A stretch of DNA of 61,769 nucleotides, filler included. It is 5 parts of 5 records of this genome, joined end to end, with 100 filler letters (N's around TTAATTAATTAA, not from the genome) between each part and the next. Parts side by side here need not be neighbours in the genome. Positions count along the whole stretch, not along the records: positions 1 to 19,867 come from SRR31147125_17665; 4 more parts are not named here. One strand, given 5' to 3'. This document shows positions 1-10,513 of this stretch, one piece after another; the first letter of the stretch is position 1, and every line of letters begins with the position of its first letter. The notes under the pieces were generated by a model, which had not been told where the DNA came from, did not search any database, and saw nothing but the letters and a program-made list of their open reading frames with translations. The position numbers were made by a program, and so were the translations under genes.

Positions 1-1028
1 TTTTTTATATTTTCGAGCTGACTTTTTGCCCGATTGATTCCTTCCTGGTAGAGGTAAACAATACTTTCCACCTCTGTCGATTTTGTTTTGATATCTTTAA
101 AGTCAATGATGATATCAGCCATTTGTAACTGTTTTTCATTATGCTCTTTCTGCATAAGTGTTGTCACCTGGTCTGCAATCTCCCAGGCTGCTGTCATCTC
201 ATCTTTTTTTCTTAACAGGGCTGTTGTATTGACAGCAATAACAATGTCAGCACCACTATCCTTTGTTTCTTTAACTGGAATATTATCAAGCAAACCTCCG
301 TCCACCAGAATCATAGTATCCATCTCAACAGGTGTTAATAAAAGAGGAATTGCTATGGATGCCCGTATAGATTCTATTAAATAACCTTTATCAAATACTA
401 TTTTATTGCCGCTCAACAGATCTGTAGCTACAATTTTTAGTGGGACCGGAAGATCAGTAAAAATTTGAGAATGATATGGGGCGTTTAAAAAGATATTGGT
501 TAATATATCATTTAATTTTTGTCCTGGCGTAAAGGCTTCCGGCAAAACCGGTTTTAAACCATCCAACCGAAAATGAAGTAAGGATCGAGCTCTTTTTTGT
601 TTTTCGCCAATAAATTGTGCGGATCTTTTTGGTGAATCATTGAATATTTCGTTCCAGTTTATTTTTTGACTTTCTTCCCATATTTCATCCGGCGAATAAC
701 CGCTGGCAAACAGACCCCCAATCACCGAGCCGATGCTTGTTCCCACGATATAATCAATTGGGATATTATTTTCTACCAGGACTTTTAGAACACCTATTTG
801 ACAAATGCCTCGAAATCCCCCTCCACTTAGTGTAATTCCGATTTTAGGTCTGGATATTTTTTTACATGGTAAAAAGCATTCCGGGATTTTATTTTCTTTT
901 TCAAAGTCCAGGTTAAATCGTGCAATCACATTATCATGAGTCGCAGGAAAACATGGCCAGGAGAGTGTTAACAGTATTATAAATTGGATGAGAACCGTGA
1001 AAATCAAATTTTTTGATAATTTATTCAA
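1..1028 (-). CDS. Patatin-like phospholipase with signal peptide, 3' end outside window (not in the ORF track)
   Basis: Manual translation from TTG at 1028: RPKIGITLSGGGFRG (oxyanion loop), IVGTSIG (GxSxG nucleophile), LVDGG (catalytic Asp); frame stays open to the window edge. Confidence 0.9.
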   Translation of the reverse strand, partial: MNKLSKNLIFTVLIQFIILLTLSWPCFPATHDNVIARFNLDFEKENKIPECFLPCKKISRPKIGITLSGGGFRGICQIGVLKVLVENNIPIDYIVGTSIGSVIGGLFASGYSPDEIWEESQKINWNEIFNDSPKRSAQFIGEKQKRARSLLHFRLDGLKPVLPEAFTPGQKLNDILTNIFLNAPYHSQIFTDLPVPLKIVATDLLSGNKIVFDKGYLIESIRASIAIPLLLTPVEMDTMILVDGGLLDNIPVKETKDSGADIVIAVNTTALLRKKDEMTAAWEIADQVTTLMQKEHNEKQLQMADIIIDFKDIKTKSTEVESIVYLYQEGINRAKSQLENIK

Positions 1029-1115
1029 AATAACCTTTTTTTATAATGAATGTTATTGTTTATATAGCATTTAATTTATCAAAGCAATTATGTAAATGCA
1101 ATATTAAAATATAAT

Positions 1116-1152
1116 AAAAAAGGCTCATTGGAACAAGTCCAATAAGCCTTTT
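1116..1152 (-). terminator. Rho-independent terminator after hflC
   Basis: AAAAGGCTCATTGGA-ACAAG-TCCAATAAGCCTTTT hairpin with U-tract on the minus strand. Confidence 0.7.
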
Positions 1153-1176
1153 AAAATACGAAAGATATTTGTATTC

Positions 1177-2121
1177 TTATTGCAGCGATTTCAAGTATTT
1201 TAAATACTCTGAATCTGTACTCAGTATGAGCATGGTGGAACTATCAATCGTTGAACGATATGTTGTCAAAGTCTGCAGAAAGGAATAAAATTCCGGATCT
1301 TTTGAATAGGAATTAGCATATATTTCTGTCGCCGTTGCATCCGCATTACCTTTAAGCTGTTGCGCCTTACGATAAGCTTCTGAAGAAATGCGCTGCAATT
1401 CTTTTTGCATTTGACCTTCGATTTCAGCCTTGCGTCCTTGTCCTTGCGATCGATATAATTGCGCGATTCTTTTTCGCTCGGATATCATTCGATCAAAAAC
1501 CTTCCGTTGCACTTCTTCTATATAGTTGACTTGCTTTATACGCATGTCTTCAACTTCAATACCATACTGCGGTACTGTCTGCTGAACCTTTGCAAGGATG
1601 GCTTTTGTTATAGCCTCACGACCTTGTTCTATCTTTAATGAATCCGCTTCTAATGCTATCTCATCTTCTTCTTCTGAGGATATAGCCATGGTACGATTCG
1701 AATTACGTACGATTTCAATGAGTAAATTTTCACTGATAAAATCACGCGTCACACCATCTATGATGTCATCTAACCGACCCATAGCATTACGCTCGTTATT
1801 AACGGATTGATAAAATTTGAGCGGATCTGAAATTCGCCATCTGGCAAATGTATCCATGAGAATGTATTTTTTATCTTTTGTTGGAACCTGGTTTCTGTCA
1901 CCATCCCATTCCATAATTCTTTTTTCAAAAAATGTTGCTTTCTGGATAAATGGCATTTTGACATGTAAACCTGCTGAGGTAACCGGGTCTCCAACCGGTT
2001 CACCGAACTGGGTGATGATCACTTGTTTGGTCTCATCAATCGTATAAACCGCATCAGACACGATAATGATAGCCAGAAAACCTAAAATCGCATAAATATA
2101 AAGAATCTTTTTCTTAATCAT
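1177..2121 (-). CDS. hflC: FtsH protease modulator HflC (SPFH)
   Basis: N-terminal TM, TKDKK, RMISERKRIA, YSKDPEFYSFL; overlaps hflK stop (ATGA). Confidence 0.95.
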   Translation of the reverse strand: MIKKKILYIYAILGFLAIIIVSDAVYTIDETKQVIITQFGEPVGDPVTSAGLHVKMPFIQKATFFEKRIMEWDGDRNQVPTKDKKYILMDTFARWRISDPLKFYQSVNNERNAMGRLDDIIDGVTRDFISENLLIEIVRNSNRTMAISSEEEDEIALEADSLKIEQGREAITKAILAKVQQTVPQYGIEVEDMRIKQVNYIEEVQRKVFDRMISERKRIAQLYRSQGQGRKAEIEGQMQKELQRISSEAYRKAQQLKGNADATATEIYANSYSKDPEFYSFLQTLTTYRSTIDSSTMLILSTDSEYLKYLKSLQ

Positions 2122-3101
2122 TTCCCGACCTCCTTTCCCATTTGTAAAAGAGGCAAGAAAGATTTAATATCATCATCGATAATATATTTCTTGTCAACTT
2201 TAGTAAAAACCTCATTCATCATTTCTAAATAAAGCCGTCTTTTTGTGACATTTTTTGCTTTATTATACTCTTTCCAGACAGATAGAAATCTTTCCGCGTC
2301 ACCTTGAGCGCGGTTGATCCTGTTCGTGCTATATCCTTCTGCTTCGAAGATAATTTGTTCTGCCTGACCTTTTGCCTTTGGGATGGCACTATTATACGCT
2401 TCCCATGCCTCATTTGTTATTCGTTCTTTTTCCTGGCGTGCTTCATTAACTTCATTAAAAGCAGGCTGAACAGGAACTGGAGGATTGACATCCTGTAAAT
2501 TTACCGTGACAATGTCAACGCCTGTTTGATAATCGTCCAATAATTTCTGCATTAATTCTGTCGCCTGTAACGCAATATCTTTTCTGCTCAGAATAATGAC
2601 TTCATCTACACTGTTATCACCCACAACCTGTCTCATGACAGATTCCGATACATATCGGATTGTGGCTTCCACGTCACGTACATTGAATAAATAAGCAGCC
2701 GGATCCTTTATCCGGTATTGAACAATCCATTCGACAAGAGCTGTGTTTAAATCACCGGTTAACATGAGTGATTCTGAATTAAAATCTCCCTTGACATAAT
2801 CCGTGCGAATTCCAGGTCGGGCGGTACGAAATCCAAATTCTTCCTTGAAAACACGTTGGATCTTGACTTTTTTTACAGTCTCAATGTCCCACGGTAATTT
2901 GAAATGTAATCCCGGATTTGTGGTATTAACATATTTGCCAAAACGTTGGATGACACCGACTTCGTCAGCTTCTACCGTGTAGACAGACGATAGTATCAAC
3001 CAAAGTGCGATCACACCAATAACGGCAATTAAGATAAAACGATTTTCAATAGCCGGTATTTCTACGTTTTCGCCACCAATATTTACGACTCGACGTTTCA
3101 T
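2118..3101 (-). CDS. hflK: FtsH protease modulator HflK (SPFH)
   Basis: PGLHFKLPW, MLTGDLN, VQPAFNEV, RAQGDAERF, RLYLE motifs. Confidence 0.95.
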   Translation of the reverse strand: MKRRVVNIGGENVEIPAIENRFILIAVIGVIALWLILSSVYTVEADEVGVIQRFGKYVNTTNPGLHFKLPWDIETVKKVKIQRVFKEEFGFRTARPGIRTDYVKGDFNSESLMLTGDLNTALVEWIVQYRIKDPAAYLFNVRDVEATIRYVSESVMRQVVGDNSVDEVIILSRKDIALQATELMQKLLDDYQTGVDIVTVNLQDVNPPVPVQPAFNEVNEARQEKERITNEAWEAYNSAIPKAKGQAEQIIFEAEGYSTNRINRAQGDAERFLSVWKEYNKAKNVTKRRLYLEMMNEVFTKVDKKYIIDDDIKSFLPLLQMGKEVGK

Positions 3102-3215
3102 GCTTTTCCTTTCAGAAAAAATAAATTGTTTTTACGAGTATAGTCGAATCTTGATTGAGTTAAAGTTATGAAATTCCTTAAAATGTGATTTTAACAAACC
3201 AGGCCAAAAACTCAA

Positions 3216-4171
3216 TTACGATTGGCTATAAAATTTAAATTTTTGTTCCATTTGCTCTTTGCTTCGAGTTCCATCATAAATAATTACCTGAAACTTGAAT
3301 AATGCGCTCTCGCCCTGTTGTAATGTGAGTGTGAAAGGTTCGGGGTTTTCTACACCAGTCGATTTTTGAAAGACATCCTGTCCTAAAGGATTTGCTGAAA
3401 ATAATCCATAATTTCTGGCGTGCCAAAAGTCGGATAGTTTGTGCTCTCAGGATGGTTTAAAATGGCAATTCCTACTTTTTCTGTTTCTTTAGAACCTTCC
3501 AGAATAACCCATTCGGAGCGTTTGCCCCACACATTTTTAGCAGTCTCTTCGCCTTTAGCATTCATATATTTACCAGAACCACCCTTTTCTTTCAGCCAAT
3601 GCGCCACGCGTATGGCAAACATACCTTCTTTTGTATCATTAAATACGACAGCGGTATCTTTGGCTGTTAATTTCATTGTCAGATCAATCACATATTCGTT
3701 CTGACCTGGACTGAATACCATGGTTCGTTCTTCTTCTAATAATGTCTTGCCGCTTTTTCCGTTCCAATGACTGATCGTCGATAATGTTCCTTTCTCTTTT
3801 TCACTTTTCATCTCTGTGATCTTGATATGTTTGATCTGGGGTGGAAATTCGGTATTGTTCCAGAATCCGTCCTTATTTACAAGGTCGTATGTGAAAAAGA
3901 GACCTGCGTGATGTGGATGATCATGGCTCTCTCCTTCAACTTCTGCAAAAGGATAGCTTCGGGTCATGACAATACCAGAGGGAGTGTTTAGCGGGTAAAG
4001 GATAGGCTTTGTATAATTGGCTGTGTGCATATAGCTCGTGAATAGCTTGCCATCAATCATGACATCGACCTGGTCTTCTTTTTGCACGAATTCTACCTTA
4101 TTACCTGTAGTACAAGCAGTTGTTACTACCAAAAATGCCAGAACTATAAGGATGGAACAATATTTTTTCAT
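3216..4171 (-). CDS. DUF6807 / PmoA-like-family lipoprotein (beta-sandwich); frameshift near 3425
   Basis: Lipobox VTTAC, KPILYPL, DHPHHAGLFF, DTKEGMFAIRVA; restoring one base in the A4 run gives YPTFWHARNYGLFSANPLG to a stop at 3216. Confidence 0.75.
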
Positions 4172-4258
4172 AACGTCACCTCTTTTTTTAATAGGAAAAA
4201 AATTAATTGATTTATTGTAAAGTCTAACAGAAAATAATATAATGAGAGCAAAAAATAT

Positions 4259-5542
4259 TTAAATTATGGTATCATCATTGATTACGGCATTCTTTGTAAC
4301 AATGACAATACCATCACGAATCCACACGTCCTCACCTTCTAATTCCTGTACACCATCTTTATTAATGATTTGTACATTTTTGCCGATATGAGCGTTTTTA
4401 TCAATGATAGCCTTGCGTATTAGGGTGTTATTGCCAATACCCACAGGTGGTTTTTCAGAATTCAGGTGTTCTTGCCTGTTTTCTTTGGATTCAAAAAAAT
4501 CCGCTCCCATAATTAAGGAATCTTCTATCGTGACATCTTTACCGATTTTAGAACGTATACCCATAATGGAATTGCTAATTTTAGAATCTTCAATAATGCA
4601 GCCTTCTCCTAACATAGATTGAACAATGTCCGAGTTGATGATTTTTGAAGGAGGAAGAAATCGTTGTCGGGTATAAATTGGTGCGTTTGAGTCATAAAAG
4701 CTAAAATCCGGATTCGGATATCTGACTAAATCTATATTAGCCTTGTAAAAGGCTCCGATAGTTCCAATATCTTCCCAATATTCATTGAAGAGGTAGGTTT
4801 GCACTTTCAAGTTTCCAATAGCTGCCGGAATAATTTCTTTACCAAAATCTTGTTGTTGGAGATTATTTGTCAGTAATTCGATCATGGCTTTGCGTTTAAA
4901 AACATAGATACCCATGGAAGCAATATATGGCGATTGTGCTGCTGATTTTTCATCCAGACCCAATACGGTTGTGTCGACTTGCATGGACTTTAGTTCATCA
5001 CCTTTGGGTTTTTCCTTAAACTCGATAACCTGACCGTTTTCATCTATTTTCAATAATCCAAAATCAGAAGCTTTAGCCTCATCAACAGGAACGACCGATA
5101 TTGTGACATCTGCATCACTTTCTCTGTGAAGTTCAATAAAGGGTCTGTAATCCATCCGATATAGGTGATCTCCGGAAAGAATAAGATATTCTGACACAGC
5201 CATCCCTTTTAACGGATTTAGATATTGACGAACAGCATCAGCCGTCCCCTGAAACCAATCAGAACGATCTGGTGTCTGCTGCGCGGCAAGAACTTCAACG
5301 AATCCTTCTGAAAAGGGGGAAAAATTATAAGTCCGGGTTATATGCCGATTCAATGATGCCGAATTAAATTGTGTGAGCACATAGATCTTTTGGATACTGG
5401 AGTTTATGCAATTGCTTATTGGAATATCGACAAGTCTATATTTTCCTGCAATCGGAACTGCCGGTTTCGCCCGTAACAAAGTCAGAGGATTCAGGCGTGT
5501 TCCGCGTCCACCGCCTAAGATGATAGATAAAACGTTCCTCAT
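4259..5542 (-). CDS. glgC: Glucose-1-phosphate adenylyltransferase (ADP-glucose pyrophosphorylase), cyanobacterial/plant-like type
   Basis: [62 protein letters not shown]. Confidence 0.97.
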   Translation of the reverse strand: MRNVLSIILGGGRGTRLNPLTLLRAKPAVPIAGKYRLVDIPISNCINSSIQKIYVLTQFNSASLNRHITRTYNFSPFSEGFVEVLAAQQTPDRSDWFQGTADAVRQYLNPLKGMAVSEYLILSGDHLYRMDYRPFIELHRESDADVTISVVPVDEAKASDFGLLKIDENGQVIEFKEKPKGDELKSMQVDTTVLGLDEKSAAQSPYIASMGIYVFKRKAMIELLTNNLQQQDFGKEIIPAAIGNLKVQTYLFNEYWEDIGTIGAFYKANIDLVRYPNPDFSFYDSNAPIYTRQRFLPPSKIINSDIVQSMLGEGCIIEDSKISNSIMGIRSKIGKDVTIEDSLIMGADFFESKENRQEHLNSEKPPVGIGNNTLIRKAIIDKNAHIGKNVQIINKDGVQELEGEDVWIRDGIVIVTKNAVINDDTII

Positions 5543-5668
5543 TATGGAGCTCCAATTTTAAGTGGCTATCAAAGTTATTTAATATAAACAGCTAACACTG
5601 TTACATTGTTATATAATACCAATAATTTCATTATCTATCAAGAAAATATTCTTAATTTTAGTCCCAAT

Positions 5669-6730
5669 TCAAAATTGCATTTCCAGGTTTATGTTGGTGA
5701 TAAATTTTTTGTAATAGAGGTTTGGCGAGGGAGATTCATTTTTATACCAGGCGATTCTGGCGGATAAAGAAAGTTGGCGGTAGAGACGTCGGGAAAGATC
5801 ACATACGATAAAGTTGGTTTGCTCTTTTTCTGGATCTAATTCGAGGGGATAATAGGGTATAAAATCTTCCTTGTAGCTTTTTTTCTGTAAAGAAGTATAA
5901 ATCCGTAAGAGATATTTTTGCAGCTGTTTTGCGATGATTATTGAGAAAAGATTGTTGCGATATTCAGAACCGAAACTGTTAGAAGAGTTATTTTGAAAAT
6001 AATATCCACAATTTATTAATAAGCCGTGGTAATACCAATCGACTACTAATCCAACGATTATTAATTGGTCATTCTGCTTTTTATCTGTTTGGACCCATAT
6101 CGATTCACTCTTTACAAAAGTAAAAGCAGAACGATTCCAGTTTAAATGGCTGTATGAAAGTTCCGGAGTTATGGTAAATCCTGGTACAAGCGATTTTGAA
6201 AGGCGAAAATTTAAGGATGGACTTTTATAGTCATATATATTAAAATTTGTGTAATTTAGATTTTCATATTTTAGTGCGGAATAGAGAAAAAGTGTACGTG
6301 AGAGAGAAAAAGTGATAAAAGGGCTCGCATAAAATAGAGAATAATCCGTGTCTCGATCAATACGAAATTTAATTTTACCCTTTGTATGTAGGCCATATCT
6401 CATTTTTTTGCTATTAAATTGTATTTTCCCACTGGCCTCATTAATAAATTTATTTTCGTTTGATATATTTTGATAAAGCTGTATACCCCCCAGATAGGAT
6501 AGGTTTAAAACAGCGTTTTTTCGTCTATATAGAGCTTTTGTATCATAGTAAAGCCGGAAGGACTGGGCTCTCTGGGAATTGCTAACAGATTCGGTTACAT
6601 TATCATCTGTTTCCAGGCCCAATTGCATACGATGGGTGTGTTTCCAGCTTGCCGTTTTCACATTTTGAGCTGGCAGTGAGGAAAAAGAAAAACATATATA
6701 GATAAAAAGAGGGACACAGAAAAGGTCAAA
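5669..6730 (-). CDS. Putative outer-membrane beta-barrel protein (start uncertain, about 6730 rather than 6940)
   Basis: Tyr/aromatic-rich amphipathic strands, C-terminal INLEMQF, hydrophobic signal-like stretch starting just after the upstream stop. Confidence 0.55.
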   Translation of the reverse strand, partial: FDLFCVPLFIYICFSFSSLPAQNVKTASWKHTHRMQLGLETDDNVTESVSNSQRAQSFRLYYDTKALYRRKNAVLNLSYLGGIQLYQNISNENKFINEASGKIQFNSKKMRYGLHTKGKIKFRIDRDTDYSLFYASPFITFSLSRTLFLYSALKYENLNYTNFNIYDYKSPSLNFRLSKSLVPGFTITPELSYSHLNWNRSAFTFVKSESIWVQTDKKQNDQLIIVGLVVDWYYHGLLINCGYYFQNNSSNSFGSEYRNNLFSIIIAKQLQKYLLRIYTSLQKKSYKEDFIPYYPLELDPEKEQTNFIVCDLSRRLYRQLSLSARIAWYKNESPSPNLYYKKFITNINLEMQF

Positions 6731-6734
6731 TGTG

Positions 6735-7787
6735 CTACTTGTTAGAACGTTCGACAGGTTCGCGTAATATTTTGGCTTGACGATCGAATTCCTCCGCAAC
6801 TTTTGATAAACTGTCCGCAGTAGATAAAAGTTTCTGTTTTTTAACTTCCAATAGTCTGATATATTCATCGATCTCATATATCGGCATATTCTGGAAGTTA
6901 TATTGTAATAATTGATCTGTTGCGGTAATCGATACGTCATTTGCGCCTACCACTGCTTCATAATAAAACCAATCTCCTCTTGATTCCACATCCGATGGGG
7001 CATTTTTACTGTCCGTGGAGAGCAATTTATCAGAGTTTGAGGTAAATGCTTCTTCTCTTTGATCAAACAACCGAATATCATCAACAAATTCTGCCATTCG
7101 TTTACGTATAGTGATTTCCTCTTGCACGTTATTTAATCGTGATTCGATAAGAGTCGCATGGTGCCGTGCTTTGTCCTCCTGATCCCGAAAAAAATCTGCT
7201 TTTGCTTCTATCTCTGTGGGCGTGTCATCTGGTTCCAGAATAGGGCTTTCTTTAGAGGAAGAACTGACAAAAGCTGTGGAAGATTGTTGTAACTTTACTC
7301 TTTTGCTTCTTAATTGGCCTATTTGCTGAATAATATCGTTTCTTGCCGTTTGTCCTTTTATTTTGTTTTCTGCCACGTCTATCAAAGAATCAATCCGGAA
7401 TGTGTAAAGAACAATCAAGGAATCGGCAAGACTGTTTTTCCGATTTTTTAGCCTTTGCGAGTATTCAATGGCTCCCTCCTGTTCACTGGCTAATTGCAAT
7501 GATATTCGCAAATGACCATTCAGTTTTCGGCTCTCAAAAAATCCAGGTTCCCCTTTTTCTTTGATATCAGAGATGATTTGAGCCAATGAATCAGACTGAT
7601 GTTGAAAAGTCCTGATCGCCACATCCATTGAATCGAGTTGTGAAACACAGTCGTAATATAAATTTTCAACTGATTTTATTTTATCTTCAGCACGAGCATA
7701 ATTAAAAGAGCTGAGCAAATAAAAAATCAGTGTTGTCAAAAGAATATACTTAATTATATTTATTTTATGCAACAATTGTTTCTCCAA
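6735..7787 (-). CDS. Exported coiled-coil hypothetical protein
   Basis: Signal peptide ending ARA-ED, long heptad helices, DDTPTEIEAKADFFRDQEDK segment. Confidence 0.6.
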   Translation of the reverse strand: MEKQLLHKINIIKYILLTTLIFYLLSSFNYARAEDKIKSVENLYYDCVSQLDSMDVAIRTFQHQSDSLAQIISDIKEKGEPGFFESRKLNGHLRISLQLASEQEGAIEYSQRLKNRKNSLADSLIVLYTFRIDSLIDVAENKIKGQTARNDIIQQIGQLRSKRVKLQQSSTAFVSSSSKESPILEPDDTPTEIEAKADFFRDQEDKARHHATLIESRLNNVQEEITIRKRMAEFVDDIRLFDQREEAFTSNSDKLLSTDSKNAPSDVESRGDWFYYEAVVGANDVSITATDQLLQYNFQNMPIYEIDEYIRLLEVKKQKLLSTADSLSKVAEEFDRQAKILREPVERSNK

Positions 7788-7801
7788 ATTTCACGATTAT
7801 T

Positions 7802-9043
7802 TTATTCACCCGGATTAACAATTTTACCTGTAAATAAAATTGTTTGCGAATGATTTTCCCGGATCATAAAAAGAAAAGGTCTGTCTACTCTCATGATAAA
7901 ACCAGGATCTTCTCCACCGGCTGATGTTCGTCCTATTTCAACCACAGTTACGGCTGAAGCTTCAGTCCCTTCCTCATCTACGTCCACATAAGCCTTGTGT
8001 TTGACTTGCGAAATTAAAAGATTTTCTTGTTTATTTATGTTTGAAAAATCAGCCGCATCGGTAAAAGCAACGGTCATACCTAAGGATTTTAATACATCGT
8101 TTAAATTTTTCTCATAACCTATTTTGAATTTTGGCAGGTACAGTGTTCCTTTTGCCTTTGATAAACCTGTTGTTATTTCAGCCAGTTTTTGGGAATTCAG
8201 GTTTGTAATAAATTCGTATAAAGATTTATTTTGTTCCGTCAGGATAACCGTCATGCGAAACTGACCATTTCCATAAGGCAAATCAATAACCTGATAATCA
8301 CTTGTGGAATAGTAGGCAAATTCATTCTGCTGCTTCATCATCATGCAGTTGGTTTTCGAGCCATCGGTTTTATAAAAATTATCCGATCGCGTCAGATTTT
8401 TATCAAATTCGAACTTCCAGGTGCCATTAAAATACATGGCATTAATTAAAAACATGACTGTGCCGCGGTTGATTCTGTCGATTATTTTATCAATATTACC
8501 AAAGGTCTTGTCATTGACCCAGGAATTAATTGTTTCGACGGCTGATGGTGAAGCAAAGTCCAGGCCCGAAACGACCGCATCAAAATAGTTTTGATTAATA
8601 TCGATAAAATCCTGTTCCACAGCAAAACCCAGACGATACCAGATTGAGTTGGCAATCTGAAAACGGGTTTGTGGATCAACTTCTGTTAACAACGCAATTA
8701 AACTGGCATAGGATTCATTAATGTCGGTTTTCGACATACCACCAAATCCAACCGTGTTTTTTATGGCATTTGCTGTTTCTCCGGCTGCTCCGTTAAAAGT
8801 CATTCCTAATGCTATGGAGATACTGAGTGGAGAAATAAAGATATTTGTGTCCGGTTCACTTGCCTGGATTTCCTTTAGTAATTTAAAACCAAATTTTTCA
8901 CTTTCATTGACGAGTTGTTTTTCCACCGATGTCACACTGCGGAATGAGGGTGTCATGGTTGTTGAAAAATCCCGAGAGCAATTCAGCATAAATAATACAC
9001 CGACAATGATTGGTAAAATGAACCATTTAAATTTGATTATCAT
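7802..9043 (-). CDS. Serpin (serine protease inhibitor), lipoprotein
   Basis: NIFISPLSI, INAMYFNGTW, LPKFK, hinge EEGTEASAVT, DRPFLFMIRE; lipobox MLNC. Confidence 0.95.
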   Translation of the reverse strand: MIIKFKWFILPIIVGVLFMLNCSRDFSTTMTPSFRSVTSVEKQLVNESEKFGFKLLKEIQASEPDTNIFISPLSISIALGMTFNGAAGETANAIKNTVGFGGMSKTDINESYASLIALLTEVDPQTRFQIANSIWYRLGFAVEQDFIDINQNYFDAVVSGLDFASPSAVETINSWVNDKTFGNIDKIIDRINRGTVMFLINAMYFNGTWKFEFDKNLTRSDNFYKTDGSKTNCMMMKQQNEFAYYSTSDYQVIDLPYGNGQFRMTVILTEQNKSLYEFITNLNSQKLAEITTGLSKAKGTLYLPKFKIGYEKNLNDVLKSLGMTVAFTDAADFSNINKQENLLISQVKHKAYVDVDEEGTEASAVTVVEIGRTSAGGEDPGFIMRVDRPFLFMIRENHSQTILFTGKIVNPGE

Positions 9044-9123
9044 ATTAACCTCTAAATTTTCAAAAATATTCTTATTCTGATGTACATCGACTTACATTTT
9101 GGGACTATATTATTTACAACACA

Positions 9124-10494
9124 TTAGATGAGATTATACTTTTCCAGTTTATAATATAGAGCGCTTGTTTTTATTCCCAAAGCTCTGGCTGCTTCTGTCT
9201 TCATACCATTCGCTTTATTCATGGCCTGGATGATAGCTTGTTTTTCCACTCTGGCAAGCGTTTCATTCAGGTCCAGGTTTTCATTCAACAGGCTTGTTTC
9301 CGATGCCTCTGACAGCTTGAGGGGCAGATCAGAAACGGTTATCAACTCATTATCCGCCAGCACAGCTGATCTTTCAAGCACGTTTTCCAGTTCCCGAACA
9401 TTACCTGGCCAGGAATATACAGTAAGAGCTTTTATGGCATCGTCAGAAAGTGTTAATTTTTGACGACCAATTTTAGGGCCCATTAATTCCATAAAATGCC
9501 TGGCTAAAATGACGATATCTTTTGACCTTTCGCGCAATGGTGGCAGGTAAATAGGAATAATATGCAATCTGTAATATAAATCCTCACGAAAACGGCCCTC
9601 TTTTACCAGTTCCTCAAGCTTTCTGTTTGTCGCCGCAATAACACGAACGTCAACTGTCAGGGTTTCTTCTCCACCGACTCGCTCAAATTCGCGTTCCTGA
9701 AGAACACGGAGTAATTTCACCTGTGTGGAAGCAGGCAAATCTCCGATTTCATCTAAAAAAATAGTACCGCCATCAGCGAGTTCGAACCGTCCTTTTTTTC
9801 TCCGTAAAGCTCCTGTGAACGATCCTTTTTCATGCCCAAATAACTCTGATTCCAAAACACCTTCTGCCAAAGCACCGCAATTTACACGAATGAATGGAGT
9901 ATTTGAACGAGCACTGGATTTGTGTATGGCTCTGGCAGCCAATTCTTTGCCCGTTCCACTTTCGCCATAAATAATGACAGAAGAATCTGTTCTGGCTACT
10001 TTAGATATGGTGCGGTACAGTTCCTTCATTTTTGGCGATTCACCAAGAATTTCTCCAAAATTGAAATGATCATCAATTTCCTCTTTCAGATAAACATTTT
10101 CTTCTGTCAGGCGATTAATCTTTTCATCCTGGTCGATTTTTCGTAAAATCTTTTTGACACGAAGTTGAAATTCTTCGTGTGAAAAAGGTTTGGTTATAAA
10201 ATCAGCGGCTCCCTCCTTCATTGCTTCAACAGCAAGATCTATGGAACCATAGGCTGTAATGATCATCACTTCTGTTAATGGAAACTGCTCTTTCACTTTT
10301 TTTAGGATTTCAAGACCATTTATATCATCTAATCTATAATCCGTTATAACAAGGTGGCAGTGATTTTTATTAAAAGACTTTAAAGCCTCTGAACCGCCAG
10401 CCGCTTCCATAACTGTGAGTTTTAAATTGTTTAGAATCTGAACCATACCTTCGCGCATGGTATCATTATCCTCTATAACGAGGACCTTTTGCAA
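9124..10494 (-). CDS. Sigma54-dependent response regulator (NtrC/AtoC family)
   Basis: REC domain, GESGTGKE, ESELFGHEKGSFTGA, WPGNVRELEN, Fis-type HTH. Confidence 0.95.
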   Translation of the reverse strand: MQKVLVIEDNDTMREGMVQILNNLKLTVMEAAGGSEALKSFNKNHCHLVITDYRLDDINGLEILKKVKEQFPLTEVMIITAYGSIDLAVEAMKEGAADFITKPFSHEEFQLRVKKILRKIDQDEKINRLTEENVYLKEEIDDHFNFGEILGESPKMKELYRTISKVARTDSSVIIYGESGTGKELAARAIHKSSARSNTPFIRVNCGALAEGVLESELFGHEKGSFTGALRRKKGRFELADGGTIFLDEIGDLPASTQVKLLRVLQEREFERVGGEETLTVDVRVIAATNRKLEELVKEGRFREDLYYRLHIIPIYLPPLRERSKDIVILARHFMELMGPKIGRQKLTLSDDAIKALTVYSWPGNVRELENVLERSAVLADNELITVSDLPLKLSEASETSLLNENLDLNETLARVEKQAIIQAMNKANGMKTEAARALGIKTSALYYKLEKYNLI

Positions 10495-10513
10495 TAGAAC
10501 CTCCTCTAAAAGA

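Noticed and set aside
3216-4171. PmoA-family label suggesting methane monooxygenase
   Set aside because: Soluble lipoprotein without the multi-TM PmoA topology and no pmoB/pmoC; the family name is misleading
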